Below, one piece after another: positions 50,623 to 63,269 of a stretch of 64,000 bases of DNA. Source of the stretch: Mobula hypostoma (lineage: Eukaryota); assembly GCF_963921235.1 (NCBI RefSeq), contig NC_086108.1, forward strand, positions 102,922,001 to 102,986,000, given 5' to 3'. Below the pieces are notes generated by a model. That model saw only the letters and a list, made by a program, of their open reading frames with translations, was not told the origin of the DNA and made no database searches. Each line of letters opens with the position of its first letter. Position 1 is the first letter of the stretch. The position numbers were made by a program, and so were the translations under genes.

Positions 50623-51171
50623 AACTACTGTTTTTATAAAATAATACTTTTTATAAGATTTCTATCTTACTTTTTGTAAGATAATGTATCTTTCACATTC
50701 CCTAGCAGAAAGTGGTATAGCAGCTAAACTAACAGTATTTCACTTTTCTCATTTTTCATTGGCTAAGTATTGGCACATTACCCATGTGATGTAACTGTCC
50801 TAACTATGTAGCCTATTAATTCATTCATTCCTATCTAAGGAATTTATTTTATCTCATCTATAAAAGTGACAGATTTTTCAGTAGAACTGTCTTTTATTTC
50901 TTTATTATTTGGTCTTACACCACTTAGCATTCTTTCCCTCACCATCACTTCTCAGCCTCTATTCAGTTTGCTTAGTATTTGCATGTTTGTTTGTACTCAA
51001 AAATAAACTGAAATCTTGGAATTAAGACTGCTCCTATTTTTGACTCTCGGATGAGCCCTAAGGATAGAAACTAAATGGAGATCCAACAACACTCAACAGG
51101 TCAAGCAGCATCTGTGGTGTGGGGAGGGGGAAGGACTTTTCAGTGTTTCAGATCAAAATCCCAGAGTGCTC

Positions 51172-51445
51172 GCAGAACGATAGCATAGTGGTTATGATGC
51201 TTTATAGTACCAGATACCCCGGTTCAATTCCCACCACTATCTGTAAGGAGTTTGTACGTTCTCCCCCTAACTGCGTGGGTTTCCTCCGGGTGCTCCAGTT
51301 TCCTCCCACAGTGGTTGGTAGGTTAGTTAGTCATTATAAATTGTCCTGTGATTAGACTAGGATTATGGTGGGGGGCTGCTGAGCAGTGTGGCTCAAAGGG
51401 CAGGAAGAGCCTGTTCCCTGCTGTATATTAATAAATAAATAAAAT
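51172..51445 (+). mobile_element. tRNA-derived SINE (V-SINE/HE1-like)
   Basis: tagcatagtggtta…ggttcaattcc, with the same core and (AAAT)n tail. Confidence 0.75.
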
Positions 51446-51998
51446 TATAGAGCAAATGTAATGTTAACTAAGTTACCTTTGGAAGCCTCTGGACTCATAG
51501 TTTAGAGGGTCTTCCTGCAGCAATTCAAAAGCCCACAGGCCATAGGAGCAGAATTAGGCCATTTGGCCCATCAAGTCTGTTCCACCATTACATCAAGGCT
51601 GATTTATTATCTCTCAACCCAATTCTCCTGCCTTCTCCCCTTAATATTTTGACGCCCTGACTAATCAAGAGCCTATCAACCTCCACTTTAAATATACCCA
51701 AGGACTTTGCCTCCACAGCCGCACCAACTCTGGCTAACAAAATTTCTGTTTATGTCTGTTCTAAAAGGACATCCTTTGATTCTGAGGATGTGCCCTCTAA
51801 TCCTAGACACCCCCACTACAGGAAAAATTCTCTCCATCCAGTTTGTCAAAATGTAAAGTATCCCCATTCCCCCTCCTAACCCCGATTTCTTCACCCCTAC
51901 CCATCTCCGAAAAGTCTCAGAGCTGCAGAACCCCCAGTAACAGTACTTTTCTCGCTCTAGCATTTTGTGTTCACTACCTCCCCCCATAGGTTCTGCAT

Positions 51999-52058
51999 CA
52001 TTTAGTTACGTTCAGTAGTTCTATGGCCCATTTAGTTACGTTCAGTAGTTCTATGGTC
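51999..52058. repeat. 30-bp tandem duplication
   Basis: catttagttacgttcagtagttctatgg(cc/tc) occurs twice. Confidence 0.9.
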
Positions 52059-52119
52059 CACCATGGATAATGCGTCCTAGTTGTCTACATGTTAATTCAC
52101 AAGCCAGAGCAGTATGATA

Positions 52120-54311
52120 TGGCATGAGAGAGGAACTGGCCAAAGTTGACTGGAAAGGGACACTGGCAGGAAGGATGGCAGAGCAGCAGTGGCTGGAGTT
52201 TATGCGAGAAGTGAGGAAGGTGCAAGACAGGTATATTCCAAAAAAGAAGAAATTTTAGAATGGAAAAAGGATGCAACTGTGGTTGACAAGAGAAGTCAAA
52301 GCCAAAGTTAAAGCAAAGGAGAGGGCATACAAGGAAACAAAAATTAGTGGGAAGACAGAGGATTGGGAAATTTTTAAAAGCTTACAAAAGGAAACTAAGA
52401 AGGTCATTAAGAGGGAAAAGATAAACTATGAAAGGAAGCTAGCAAATAATATCAAAGAGGATACTAACAGCTTTTTCAAGTATATAAAGAGTAAAAGACA
52501 GGTGAGAGTAGATATAGGACCAATAGAAAATTATGCTGGAGAAATTGTAATGGGAGATAAGGAGATGGCTGAGGAACTGAACGAGTATTTTGCATCAATC
52601 TTCATTGAGGAAGACATCAGCAGTATACCGGACACTCAAGGGTGGCAGGGAAGAGAAGTGTGCGCAGTCACAATTACGACAGAGAAAGTAATCAGGAAGC
52701 TGAATAGTCTACAGGTAGATAAATCCCCTGGACCAGATGGAATGCATCCGTGTGTTCTGAAGGAAGTATCTGTGGAGATTGCGGAGGCATTAGCGATGAT
52801 CTTTCAAAAGTCGATAGCTTCTGGCATGGTTCCGGAGGACTGGAAGATTGCAAATGTCACTCCGCTATTTAAGAAGGGGGCAAGGAGGCAAAAAGGAAAT
52901 GATAGACCTGTTAGTTTGACATCGGTGGTTGGGAAGTTGTTGGAGTCGATTGTCAAGGATGAGGTTACAGATTACCTGAGGGCATATGACAACATAGGCA
53001 GAACTCAGCATGGATTCCTTGAAGGAAAATCCTGCCCGACAAACCTATTACAATTTTTTGAGGAAATTACCAGTAGGCTAGACAATGGAGATGCAGTGGA
53101 TGTTGTATATTTGCACTTTCAGAAGGTCTTTGACAAGGTGCCACACATGAAGCTACATAACAAGATAAGAGCCCATGGAATTACGGGAAAGTTACATACG
53201 TGGATAGAGCGTTGGCTGATTGGCAGGAAACAGAGAGTGGGAATAAAGGGATCCCATTCTGGTTGGCTGCCGGTTACCAGTAGTGTTCTACAGGGGTCCG
53301 TGTTGGGGCCGCTTCTTTTTACATTGTACATCAATGATTTGGATTATGGAATAGATGGCTTTGTGGCTAAATTTGCTGATGATATGAAGATAGGTGGAGG
53401 GGCCGGTAGTGCTGAGGAAACAGAGAGTCTGCAGAGAGACTTGGATAGATTGGAAGCATGGGCAAAGAAGTGGCAAATGAAATACAATGTTGGAAAGTGT
53501 ATGGTTATGCACTTTGGCAGAAGAAATAAACAGGCAGACTATTATTTAAATGGGGAAAGAATTCAAAGTCCTGAGATGCAACGGGACTTGGGAGTCCTTG
53601 TGCAGGATACCCTTAAGGTTAACCTCCAGGTTGAGTCGGTGGTGAAGAAGGCGAATGCAATGTTGGCATTCATTTCTAGAAGAATAGAGTATAGGAGCAG
53701 GGATGTGATGTTGAGGCTCTATAAGGCACTGGTGAGACCTCACTTGGAGTACTGTGGGCAGTTTTGGTCTCCTTATTTAAGAAAGGATGTGCTGACGTTG
53801 GAGAGGGTAGAGAGAAGATTCACTAGAATGACTCCAGGAATGAGAGGGTTAACATATGAGGAACGTTTGTCCACTCTTGGACTGTATTCCTTGGAGTTTA
53901 GAAGAATGAAGGGAGACCTCATAGAAACATTTTGAATGTTGAAAGGCATGGACAGAGTGGATGTGGCAAAGTTGTTTCCCATGATGGGGGAGTCTAGTAC
54001 GAGAGGGCATGACTTAAGGATTGAAAGGCGCCCATTCAGAACAGAAATGTGAAGAAATTTTTTTAGTCAGAGGGTGGTGAATCTATGGAATTTGTTGCCA
54101 CGGGCAGCAGTGGAGGCCAAGTCGTTGGGTGTATTTAAGGCAGAGATTGATAGGTATCTGAGTAGCCAGGGCATCAAAGGTTATGGTGAGAAGGCGGGGG
54201 AGTGGGACTAAATGGGAGAATGGATCAGCTCATGATAAAATGGCGGAGCAGACTCGATGGGCCGAATGACCGACTTCTGCTCCTTTGTCTTATAGTCTTA
54301 CGGTCTTATGG
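52120..54311 (+). mobile_element. CR1-clade LINE, 5'-truncated, relatively young (CR1-A)
   Basis: 554-aa ORF 52271-53935 has CR1 RT motifs (KSPGPDG, WKIANVTPLFKKG, QHGF..GKSC.TNLL, QGSVLGPLLFTLYIND, KFADD). The 3' UTR ends in (TCTTATGG)-type tail repeats at ~54288-54311. Confidence 0.95.
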
Positions 54312-57300
54312 ATATTCAGAGAGTTGGGTAGGAAGCTGTAAAGCAGGACCTCCAGGGTAATAATCTCGGGATTGCTGCCTGTGCCACGTGCTAACAAGTG
54401 CAAGAATAGCATGATCAGGCATATTAATGTGTGGCTGAGAGACTGGTGTAGGGGTCCCTGGATCATTGGGGCATCTTCTGGGGGAGGTACGACCTGTACG
54501 AAAAGGACGGGTTACACCTGAACCCAAAGGGGTCCAATATCCTAGCAGGCAGGTTTAATAGAGCCATTAGGGAGGGTTTAACCTAATTTGGCGGGGGACA
54601 GGAACCGGAGAGATAGGGCTGAGGATGGGGGAAACAGAAATAAATCAAAGATAGCATGCAACAGAGATGATAGAAAGGCCAGGGAGGAGATGAGGCATAA
54701 TCACAGCCAGTGGGATGAGTAACAGGGTGTGGTGCAGTTAAAGCAGAAAGCAACAGACACTGGACTGAAAGTATTATATCTGAATGCATGCAGTATAAGG
54801 AATAAAATGGACAATATTGAAATTCAGCTACAGATTGGCAAGTATGACGTTGTGGCTATCTCTGAAACTTGGCTAAAGGATGACTGCCATTGGGAGTTGA
54901 ATGTCCAAGGATGTGAATGTGAAAGATAGGTTAGTAGGCAGAGAGGTGGGGAGCCCTGTGTATAAGAAATAATATTAAATCATTAGAAAAGGATGACATA
55001 GAATCGGAAGGTGTAGAGTCTCTATGGGTTGAGTTAAGAAATGGCAAGGGTAAAAGGAGTTCAGCACGGACTAGAAGGGCCGAGATGGCCTGTTTCCGTA
55101 CTGTTATTGTTATATGGTTATACAAAATTACCCTAATGGCACTTGTATACAGGCCTCCAAACAGCAGCCAGGATATGGATTACAAATTACAGCAGGAGAT
55201 AGAAAAGGCATGTCAGAAGGGCAATGTCATGATAATAGCTGGGAATTTTAACATGAACGTGGATTGGGAAAACCAGGCCAGTACTGGATCTCAAGAGAGA
55301 GAATTTGTGGAATGTCTAAGGGATAGCTTTTTAGAACAACTTGTTGTTGAGCCCACTAGGGGATCGGCTGTCTGGATTGAGTGCTGTGCAATGATCCAGA
55401 GGTGATAAAAGAGCTTAAGGTTGAGGAACCCTTAGGGAACAGTGATCACAATATGATCAAGTTGACTTTGAAATTTGAGAAGGAGAAACTAAATTCCAGT
55501 GTGTCTGTATTTCAGTGGAATAAAGGAAATTACAGTGGCATGAGAGGGAAATTGGTCAAGGTTGACTGGAAAGGGACACTAGCAGGAAGGACAGCAGAGC
55601 AGCAATAGCTGGAGTTTCTGTGAAAAATGAGGGAAGTACAAGACATATATATTGCAAATAAGACGAAATTTTCGAATGCAAGAAGGACACTACCGTGGCT
55701 GACAAGTGAAGTCAGAGCCAAAGTAAAATCAAAAGAGAGGGCATACAAGTAAGCCAAAATTAGTGGGAAGATAGAGGATTGGGAAGCTTTTAAAAACTTG
55801 CAGAAGGAAATTAAGAAGGTCATTAGAAAGGAAAAAATGAATTATGAAAGGAAGCTGGTGACTAATATCAAAGAAGATACTAAAAGCTTTTTTAAGTATA
55901 TAAAGGGTAAAAGAGAGTTGAGGGTAGATATGGGACGAATAGAAAATGACGCTAGAGATATTGTAATTAGAGACACAGATGGCAGAGAGAAACTGAATAA
56001 TACCTATTTTGCATCAGTCTTCACAGTGGAAGACATCTGCAGTATACCGGACATTCAAGAGTGTCAGGGAAGTGGAGTATGTGCAGTGAAAATTACCACT
56101 GAGAAGGTGCTCAGGAAGCTTAATTGTCTGAGGGTGGATAAATCTCCTGGACCTGATGGAATGCACCTTCGGGTTCTGAAGGAAGTAGATGGAGAGATAG
56201 CGGAAGCATTAACAATGATCTTTAAAGAATCGATGGATTCTGGCATTGTACCAGGTGACTGGAAAATTGCAAATGTTACTCTGCTATTTAAGAAGGGTGG
56301 GAGGCAGCAGAAAGGAAACTATAGACCTGTTAACCTGACATCAGTGGTTGGGAAGTTGTTGGAATTGCTTGTTAGGGTTGAGATTATGGAGTACCTGGAG
56401 GGACATGACAAGATAGGCCAAAGCCAGCATGGTTTCCTGAAAGGAAGATCCTGCCTGACAAACCTACTGTAAATCTTTGAGGAAATTACAAGCAGGGTAG
56501 ACAAAGGAGATGCAGTAGACGTGGTGTGCTTGGATTTTCAGAAGGCCTTTCATAAACACATGAGGCTGCTTAGCAAGATAAGAGCCCATAGAATTACAGG
56601 GAAGTTACTAGTGTGGGTGGAGCATTGGCTGATCAACAGAAAACAAAGAGTGGGAATAAAGGGATCCTATTCTGGCTGGCTGCCGGTTACCAGTGGAGTT
56701 CCACAGGGGTCAGTGTTGGGATCGCTGCTTTTTACGATGAATGTCAATGATGTGAACTATGGGATTAATGGATTTGTGGCTAAATTTGCCGAGGATACAA
56801 AGATAGGTGAACGAGTGTGTAGTGTTGAGGAAACAGAGAGCCTGCAGAGAGACTTAGATAGTTTAGGGGAATGGGCAAAGAAGTGGTAGTTGAAATACAA
56901 TGTTGGTAAGTATATCGTCATGCACTTTGGTGGAAGAAATAAAACGGGCAGACTATTATTTAGATTGGGAGAGAATTCAAAATGCAGAGATGCAAAGGGA
57001 CTTGGGAGTCCTTGTGCAGGATACCCTAAAGATTAACCTCCAGGTTCAGTCGGTGGTGAAGAAGACAAATGCAATGTTGGCATTCACTTTCAGAGGTATA
57101 GAATATAAGAGCAGGATGTGATGTTAAGGCTCTATAAGGCACTCTTGAGACCACACTTGCAGTATTGCGTGCAGTTTTGTGCTCCTTATTTTTGAAAGGA
57201 TATACTGACATTGGAGAGGGTTCAGAGAAGATTCACAAGAATGATTTCAGGAATGGAAGGGTTACCCTATGAGGAACGTCTTGCAGCTCCTGGGCTGTAT

Positions 57301-57722
57301 TCCCTGGAGTTTGGGAAAATGAGGGGGGATCTCATAGAAATATTCTGAATGTTAAAAGGCCTGAACAGAGTATATAGGGCAAAATTATTTCCCATGGTAG
57401 GGGAGTCCAGGACAAGAGGGCACAACTTCAGGATTGAAGGACGTCCATTTAGAACAGAGATGCAGAAAATTACTTTAGTCAGAGGGTGGTCAGTCTGTGG
57501 AATTTATTGCCACGAGCAGCTGTGGAGGCCGAGTCATTGGGTGTATTTAAGGCAGAGATAGATAGGTTCTTGATTAGCCAGGGCATCAAAGGGTATGTGC
57601 TGAAAGCAGGGGTGTGGGGATGACTGGAAGAATTGGATCAGCCCATGATTGAATGGCGGAGCAGACTGGATGGGCTGAATGGCCTACTTCTGCTCCTATA
57701 CCTTATGGCTTTATGGTCTTAT
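54312..57722 (+). mobile_element. CR1-clade LINE, decayed (CR1-B): ORF1 esterase C-terminus, endonuclease, RT and 3' UTR
   Basis: 54312-54585 encodes an SGNH-esterase-like fragment (…DGLHLNPKG…). 54760 onward encodes APE endonuclease motifs (LYLNA.SIRNK, VAISETWL, VYRPP, SDHN). RT fragments span 55798-57200 with stops and frameshifts. Tail ttatggctttatggtcttatg. Confidence 0.92.
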
Positions 57723-58205
57723 GTTGTTGCCCGTGCAGCAGGCTACCCCTCTCCACTCAGCTAATGAATTTAAAGGAACGGCAGAGATCAATACAGTTTG
57801 GCAGCAGTGGTGTGACAGGAATTGCCAGTCAGTGTTGAGCTCAACGTAGGACTGCCTTAGGGACTCCAGGTCCAGAATTATCCTTGTAGTTTACTGGCGA
57901 AGCCTCTCCCATGAGTGGGTATAGCCGCAAGGAAGCAGAGGTTTTCTTTTGCCTAGATGAGTTGCCAACCACTGTTGACATGTCTCATCTGTGCAAAGCA
58001 TCGGGTTTTAAGGCACCAGTAACCCTCCTTTTCCCCTTGTCGTCAGTAGAAATAGTTCCACCAAACATAGTAGCTAAGCCATACATGAATGCCAGGAGCT
58101 GGACTTGGTTGTCAGAGGCTAGTTGAGACCAAATCATTGGGAGCATTTAATTGGTATTGGGGGTTTATCCTCACTGCACTGCAGCCAGCTATGATGATCT
58201 TAAGG
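57723..58205 (-). mobile_element. Second copy of the same ~600-bp repeat (remainder at 52060-52122)
   Basis: For example ccaggagctggacttggttgtcagaggcta (58091-58120) is the reverse complement of tagcctctagacaatcaagtccagctcctgg (40382-40412). Confidence 0.8.
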
Positions 58206-59044
58206 AACCTAGTGGTTCTACCCAGGTCTAAATGCCTGATTCCCTACCTAAGACACTCGCCACTGCAGCCATAATAAACAGCATTGCTTGGCTTGATTCT
58301 CTACCTCGGCCACACATCAATTTGACCTTGAAGGAGTCGAGGTCAGCTGCTCTGCCTTCTTCTGGCACCAATAATACCAGTGGAGTGAATTTCCTACCTA
58401 CATGCCTTAGATACCGCGTGGGAGTCAGAGGGAAATTGAGTTCCAGTTTCTCAATGTGAGTCTAACATCAGATATTGCAGTAGAAGGAAAAGGCACAACA
58501 AGCTTTGAAAATGAAGTGGGAACTAATTTTCAGAAAAAAGGATATAGCCCAGAGGAATGGGATTTGGTGGGTCATTTCTTGATGGTTTTTACAATGGTCT
58601 CAGTAGATCAGTGCTGTAACATAATGTAATTCTAATACCATGGCCTGTCATTGTTCCTTTGCCATTTCTACTTTACGTTTCAGATAAAATTCACGAATGA
58701 CTTCTTTTTCTTAAGAAAATCGCTGACAGATGGATAGATAATCTCCCTGTCTCACTGCCTCAAATCTCACTCAAGTCCTGCCTGGCGTCAAAGCTAAACT
58801 GTGCACCTACTTAGCACCTTTCAAAGCCACGGGATATCTCAGAGCCGTTCCAATCAAGGAACGACTTCTGAGATATAGTTGCTGTAGCAGTTTAAAAACA
58901 GGCTGGCAATTTGCAAGCTGTAAAGTCCCACAGATGTCAATGTGACTGAGTTTGAGCAATTTTTCCACAGAACCTTGGATGTATTACATCTTCCTGAACT
59001 CAACAGTCTCAGATAATGAATCTGCCTAATCCTATTTACTGCAG

Positions 59045-59712
59045 GACCATAAGACACAGAAGCAGAAATAGGCTATTTGGCCCATCAAATCTGCTCCACC
59101 TTTTGATCATTGCTGAATTATTTTCCCTCTCGACACCATTCTACTGCCTTCTCCCTGTAACCTTTGACATCCTTACTGATCAAGAACCTATTAACCTCCG
59201 CTTTAAATATACCCAATGACTTGGCCTCCACAGCATTTGTGGCAATGAATTCCACAGATTCGCGCCCTCCCCCCCCAGCTAAAGAAATTCTTCCTCACCT
59301 CGGTTCTAAAGTCACATTCTGAGGCTGTAACCTCTGGTCCTAGACTCTCTCCACTCTAGGAGACATCCTTTGCACGTCCACTGTATCTAGCTCTTTCAAG
59401 ATTCGATAGGTTTCAGTGAGATCCCTCCTCATTCTGCCAAGCTCCGATGAGTACAGGCCCAGAACAATCAAAATGCACCTCATATGTTAACCCCTTCATT
59501 CCCAGGATCATTCTGATAAAACTTCTCCAGACACTCTCCTACAATAGGCAATTTCCGAGCCGTGATGTGAGCAGTTTTGTGCCCCGTTTCATAGATATGG
59601 GCCCACAAGGCTCCAAACGTGGTCTGACCAATGCCTTATAAAGCCCTATCATTACATTCTTGCTTTTATATTCTAGACTTCTTAGAATGAATGTCTATAC
59701 TGTATTTGCCTT
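59045..59712 (-). mobile_element. Decayed CR1 3' fragment
   Basis: Reverse-complement similarity to the CR1-B 3' region (~57070-57720). Confidence 0.8.
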
Positions 59713-61294
59713 TACATCTCATCCAGTCCCATCTTCATTTGTCACAGCCATTACTTTCACCTTGAACCATCACCCTCGGCGTCAATGAATTGAATGTGGG
59801 ACATAGAACATTGCACCCCTTAGGCCCACGACGTTGTGCTGACCTATCTAATATTAATCTCACCCTTCCCTCCTACATAGCCCTTTTTTATATCATCCAT
59901 GAGCCTACATAAGAGTTTCTTAAATGGCCCTAAAGTGTCTACCCCCACCACCACTCCTGGCAGGGCCTTCGATTCTTTGTGTAAAAATCTTACCTCTGAC
60001 TCCCCCCCCCCCCAACACAACTTTCTTCCAATCACCTTAAAATTATGCCCCCTGGTATTAGTCATTTCCACCCTGGGAAAATCCTGCTCCCATCTGTCTC
60101 AGATCTTCCCTTCCCTGTCACCCGACTCTCAGTACCTCTGAACTGAATCCGATTCAGGAATAGTGTCCGAGCGCTAAGTATCAGGTTAGGACACCCGAGT
60201 GACAGTCTCTGCTCGCCTTTGATATATGCTGCAGGATTCGCATGAGTGGGCAGCCTGTCCCTCTGTTTAATGTCTCACCCACAGATAAGGCTCTATTTGA
60301 ACAGGATGCAATGAACCCAGGACACTGCAATAGACTGGACAGTTCACTGGCTGCAAACGAATGATGAACTAATACTGAGATCAGTCCTGCTGTGCTCCGT
60401 CATCTTTCAACGGTCACATGACCTCTTTATCCACATTTGAGACATTGCTGCATCCATCTTAATAGATCAGACACCCTTCCAATGTCTGCTCAGTACATGA
60501 TGTAAATGATTAGTAGCAGACTGGCAAATTCTCCCTGGGCTTGTAATTAAAATGGCCTGGTTACACAAATGCAAGGAGTTGGTGTGTGTGTGCGTGTGGT
60601 GGGGGAAATGCTTATTGTGAAAGGATTTGATGTGATTATATTTTCCTGATTAGTGAAAAACGTGCTCTTTTGCATTTCACTAGCTCCTCTCTCTCAGAAG
60701 TACTTTGAAGCACAATTTTTTAAAAACGGTCTGAATTGGGTAAAATTAACAAGTTTACTTTGCAACATTTTACCATAATGTAGCAATATTCCCAGGCACC
60801 TCCTGAGAGGATAATACAGGTTCAAAGTTCAAAGTCAAAGTAATCGTATTATCGAAGTATGTACATATCACCACATACTACCCTGAGATTCATTTTCTTG
60901 CAGGCATTCACAATAGAACAAATTAGTGGTAGTCCTTCGGATTTGAAGAAGACTTTCAGAAACATGCGTGATAGAGTTTTAAGTGGAACAGCCATTGCAC
61001 AGGGGCAATCCCACTCTCTCGGCAGAAGAGACCTTGATCCAGTGGCACGGACAACCAGTATGGCTGGAGACCTCTCCTGCTGCAGTGGATGACCAGGACG
61101 TCTAAGTGTCTTAGCGCTCCACAATGCCTGCTGGGCCTGCCTTCTTGACCGTTGGACCATTAATTGGTCTCCTCCGCTCAATCTGCCAGGGCCAGACTTC
61201 ACACGCTGGGATAGACAGGTCCCCTACCTCACTGAGGGTTGAAGACCCGTCGGTTACCCTCACCTGGTTTGACCCGTCTGCCGAGAAGTTTTTT

Positions 61295-62255
61295 TTTAAT
61301 AGACTAGTACAGCACATTACAGGCCCTTCGGCCCACAATGTTGTGCCGACCCTCAAACCCTGCCTCCCATATAAGCCCCCACCTTAAATTCCTCCATATA
61401 CCTGTCTGGTAGTCTCTTAAACTTCACTAGTGTATCTGCCTCCACCACTGACTCAGGCAGTGCATTCCACGCACCAACCACTCTCTGAGTAAAAAACCTT
61501 CCTCTAATATCCCCCTTGGACTTCCCACCCCTTACCTTAAAGCCATGTCCTCTTGTATTGAGCAGTAGTGCCCTGGGGAAGAGGCACTGGCTATCCACTC
61601 CATCTATTCCTCTCAATATCTTGTACACCTCTATCATGTCTCCTCTCATCCTCCTTCACTCCAAAGAGTAAAGCCCTAGCTCCCTTAATCGCTGATCATA
61701 ATGCATACTCTCTAAACCCGGCATCATGCTGGTAAATCTCCTCTGTACCCTTTCCAATGCTTCCACATCCTTCCTATAGTGAGGTGACCTGAACTGGACA
61801 CAGTACTCCAAGAACAACAGGAATTCTGCAGATGCTGGAAATTCAAGCAACACACATAAAAGTTGCTGGTGAACGCAGCAGGCCAGGCAGCATCTCTAGG
61901 AAGAGGTGCAGTCGACGTTTCAGGCCGAGACCCTCCGTCAGGACTCAAAGCCTGATGAAGGGTCTCGGCCTGAAACGTCGACTGCACCTCTTCCTAGAGA
62001 TGCTGCCTGGCCTGCTGCGTTCACCAGCAACAGTACTCCAAGTGTGGCCTAACCAGAGCTTTATAGAGCTGCATCATTACATCGCAACTCTTAAACTCTA
62101 TCCCTCAATTTATGAAAGCCAACACCCCATAAGCTTTCTTAACTACCCTATCTACCTGTGAGGCAACTTTCAGGGATCTGTGGACATGTACCCCGAGATC
62201 CCTCTGCTCCTCCACACTACCAAGTATCCTGCCATTTACTTTGTACTCTGCCTGT
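61295..62255 (-). mobile_element. CR1 3' fragment (host of the Penelope-derived insertion)
   Basis: ORFs 61656-61853 (LEYCVQF.SPHYRKDVEALERVQRRFT) and 61353-61649 (RGDMIEVYKI…TRGHGFK…FFTQRVV.AWNALP). Confidence 0.9.
61813..62029. mobile_element. Penelope-derived short insertion with inverted arms and 13-bp TSD
   Basis: ACAGTACTCCAAG at 61800-61812 and 62030-62042. Arms 61862-61942 and 61951-62031 are reverse complements at 79/81 positions. Confidence 0.9.
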
Positions 62256-63254
62256 TTACTGGGGTGTGGCCGCTGCGCGTGTTACAGATACTTGGAGCCA
62301 CAGGTGAGAGCTGAGTGCCAGGTGGGGACCAAAGGTGGACGAGCTGCCCTTAAAAGGGCACGGCAGGCCCCCTCACCAGAGGTGCTACCTCTCCCTCTAC
62401 ACCCCATACACCCCAATAGAACAAAGAAATACAATCAAATCAATGAAAAACTACACACAAAGACTGACAAACAACCAATGTACAAAAGAAGACAGACTGT
62501 ACAAATATAAACAAATAAACATTGAGAACATGAGTTGTAGAGCCCTTTAAAGTGAGTCCATAGGTTGTGGCATCAGTTCAGTGTTGAGACGAGTAAAATT
62601 ATTCACACTGATACAGGAATCTGATGGTTGATAAGCTTATTACATTAAAAAAGGGTCTTGAATGAGGTTTCCTGATCTTTAAAACCAAGGATTGAGGGCT
62701 GGGGTTAGGCTGGAAGAAAGACCTGTTACAGTGTTGGGTTAAATAATTTTAATATGTACCATTATATTTATAGATTCAAAATCTTAACCTTCCTTTCTTA
62801 AAGACCCTCTCTTTGTCAGTACTGGAATTAAGAGTGAAACCATTATTATTTTCCCTTATTTCACAGAGGAGCGTTTTTTATATGTATATTATGTAGGTAG
62901 CCAGTACTGGAGTTATTTTCTCGGAAGAGCAAAAGTAGAATGACCACATTTATTGCAATGTAGATTGTTGAGTCCGGGCGCTGGGACCCCGCGGAGTCCC
63001 GAAGACTTCCGAGTCCGGCGGGTTGAGTCTGCAGCATAAAGCGTGGCGATGCTGTTAAAAGGGAGGGAGAGAGAGAGAGAGAGAAGGGGAACAGTGCGAA
63101 ATTTTCCGTAGGTCTGCTTCCCATCGCATCCAGTGCAACATTTGCAAATTGAGCGTGTGATTTTGTTTTCTAAGCCATCACTGCCGAAGAGCCAGGGGAT
63201 GCAGAGGTGCAGGTAGAGAGCGATGGGATCGAAACCCAGGGGCAGAGGAACAGA

Positions 63255-63269
63255 ATGAAGAAACTGGTG
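63255..63269 (+). CDS. ST6GALNAC5: ST6GalNAc V (alpha-N-acetylgalactosaminide alpha-2,6-sialyltransferase 5), coding exon 1
   Basis: ATG AAG AAA CTG GTG (MKKLV) followed by donor GTAATT at 63270. It resembles the N-terminus of human ST6GALNAC5 (MKTLM, recalled as a 15-nt first coding exon). It lies in a CpG island and joins exon 2 in phase 0. Confidence 0.85.

Noticed and set aside
50625..51020. AT-rich stretch with AATAAA (~51002) as a 3' UTR end of an upstream gene such as ST6GALNAC3
   Set aside because: No coding exon with sialylmotifs was found in the window, and AATAAA is common in AT-rich DNA.
52271..53935. Active autonomous retrotransposon or domesticated RT gene
   Set aside because: 5'-truncated with no endonuclease or ORF1. 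There is an upstream in-frame stop, a premature stop at 53935, and substitutions in conserved motifs (YLHFQKVFD, FADDM).
62861..63124. 87-aa minus-strand ORF with a hydrophobic stretch next to the CpG island
   Set aside because: No recognisable homology, includes translated CT microsatellite, and has no splice support. Likely a chance antisense ORF.
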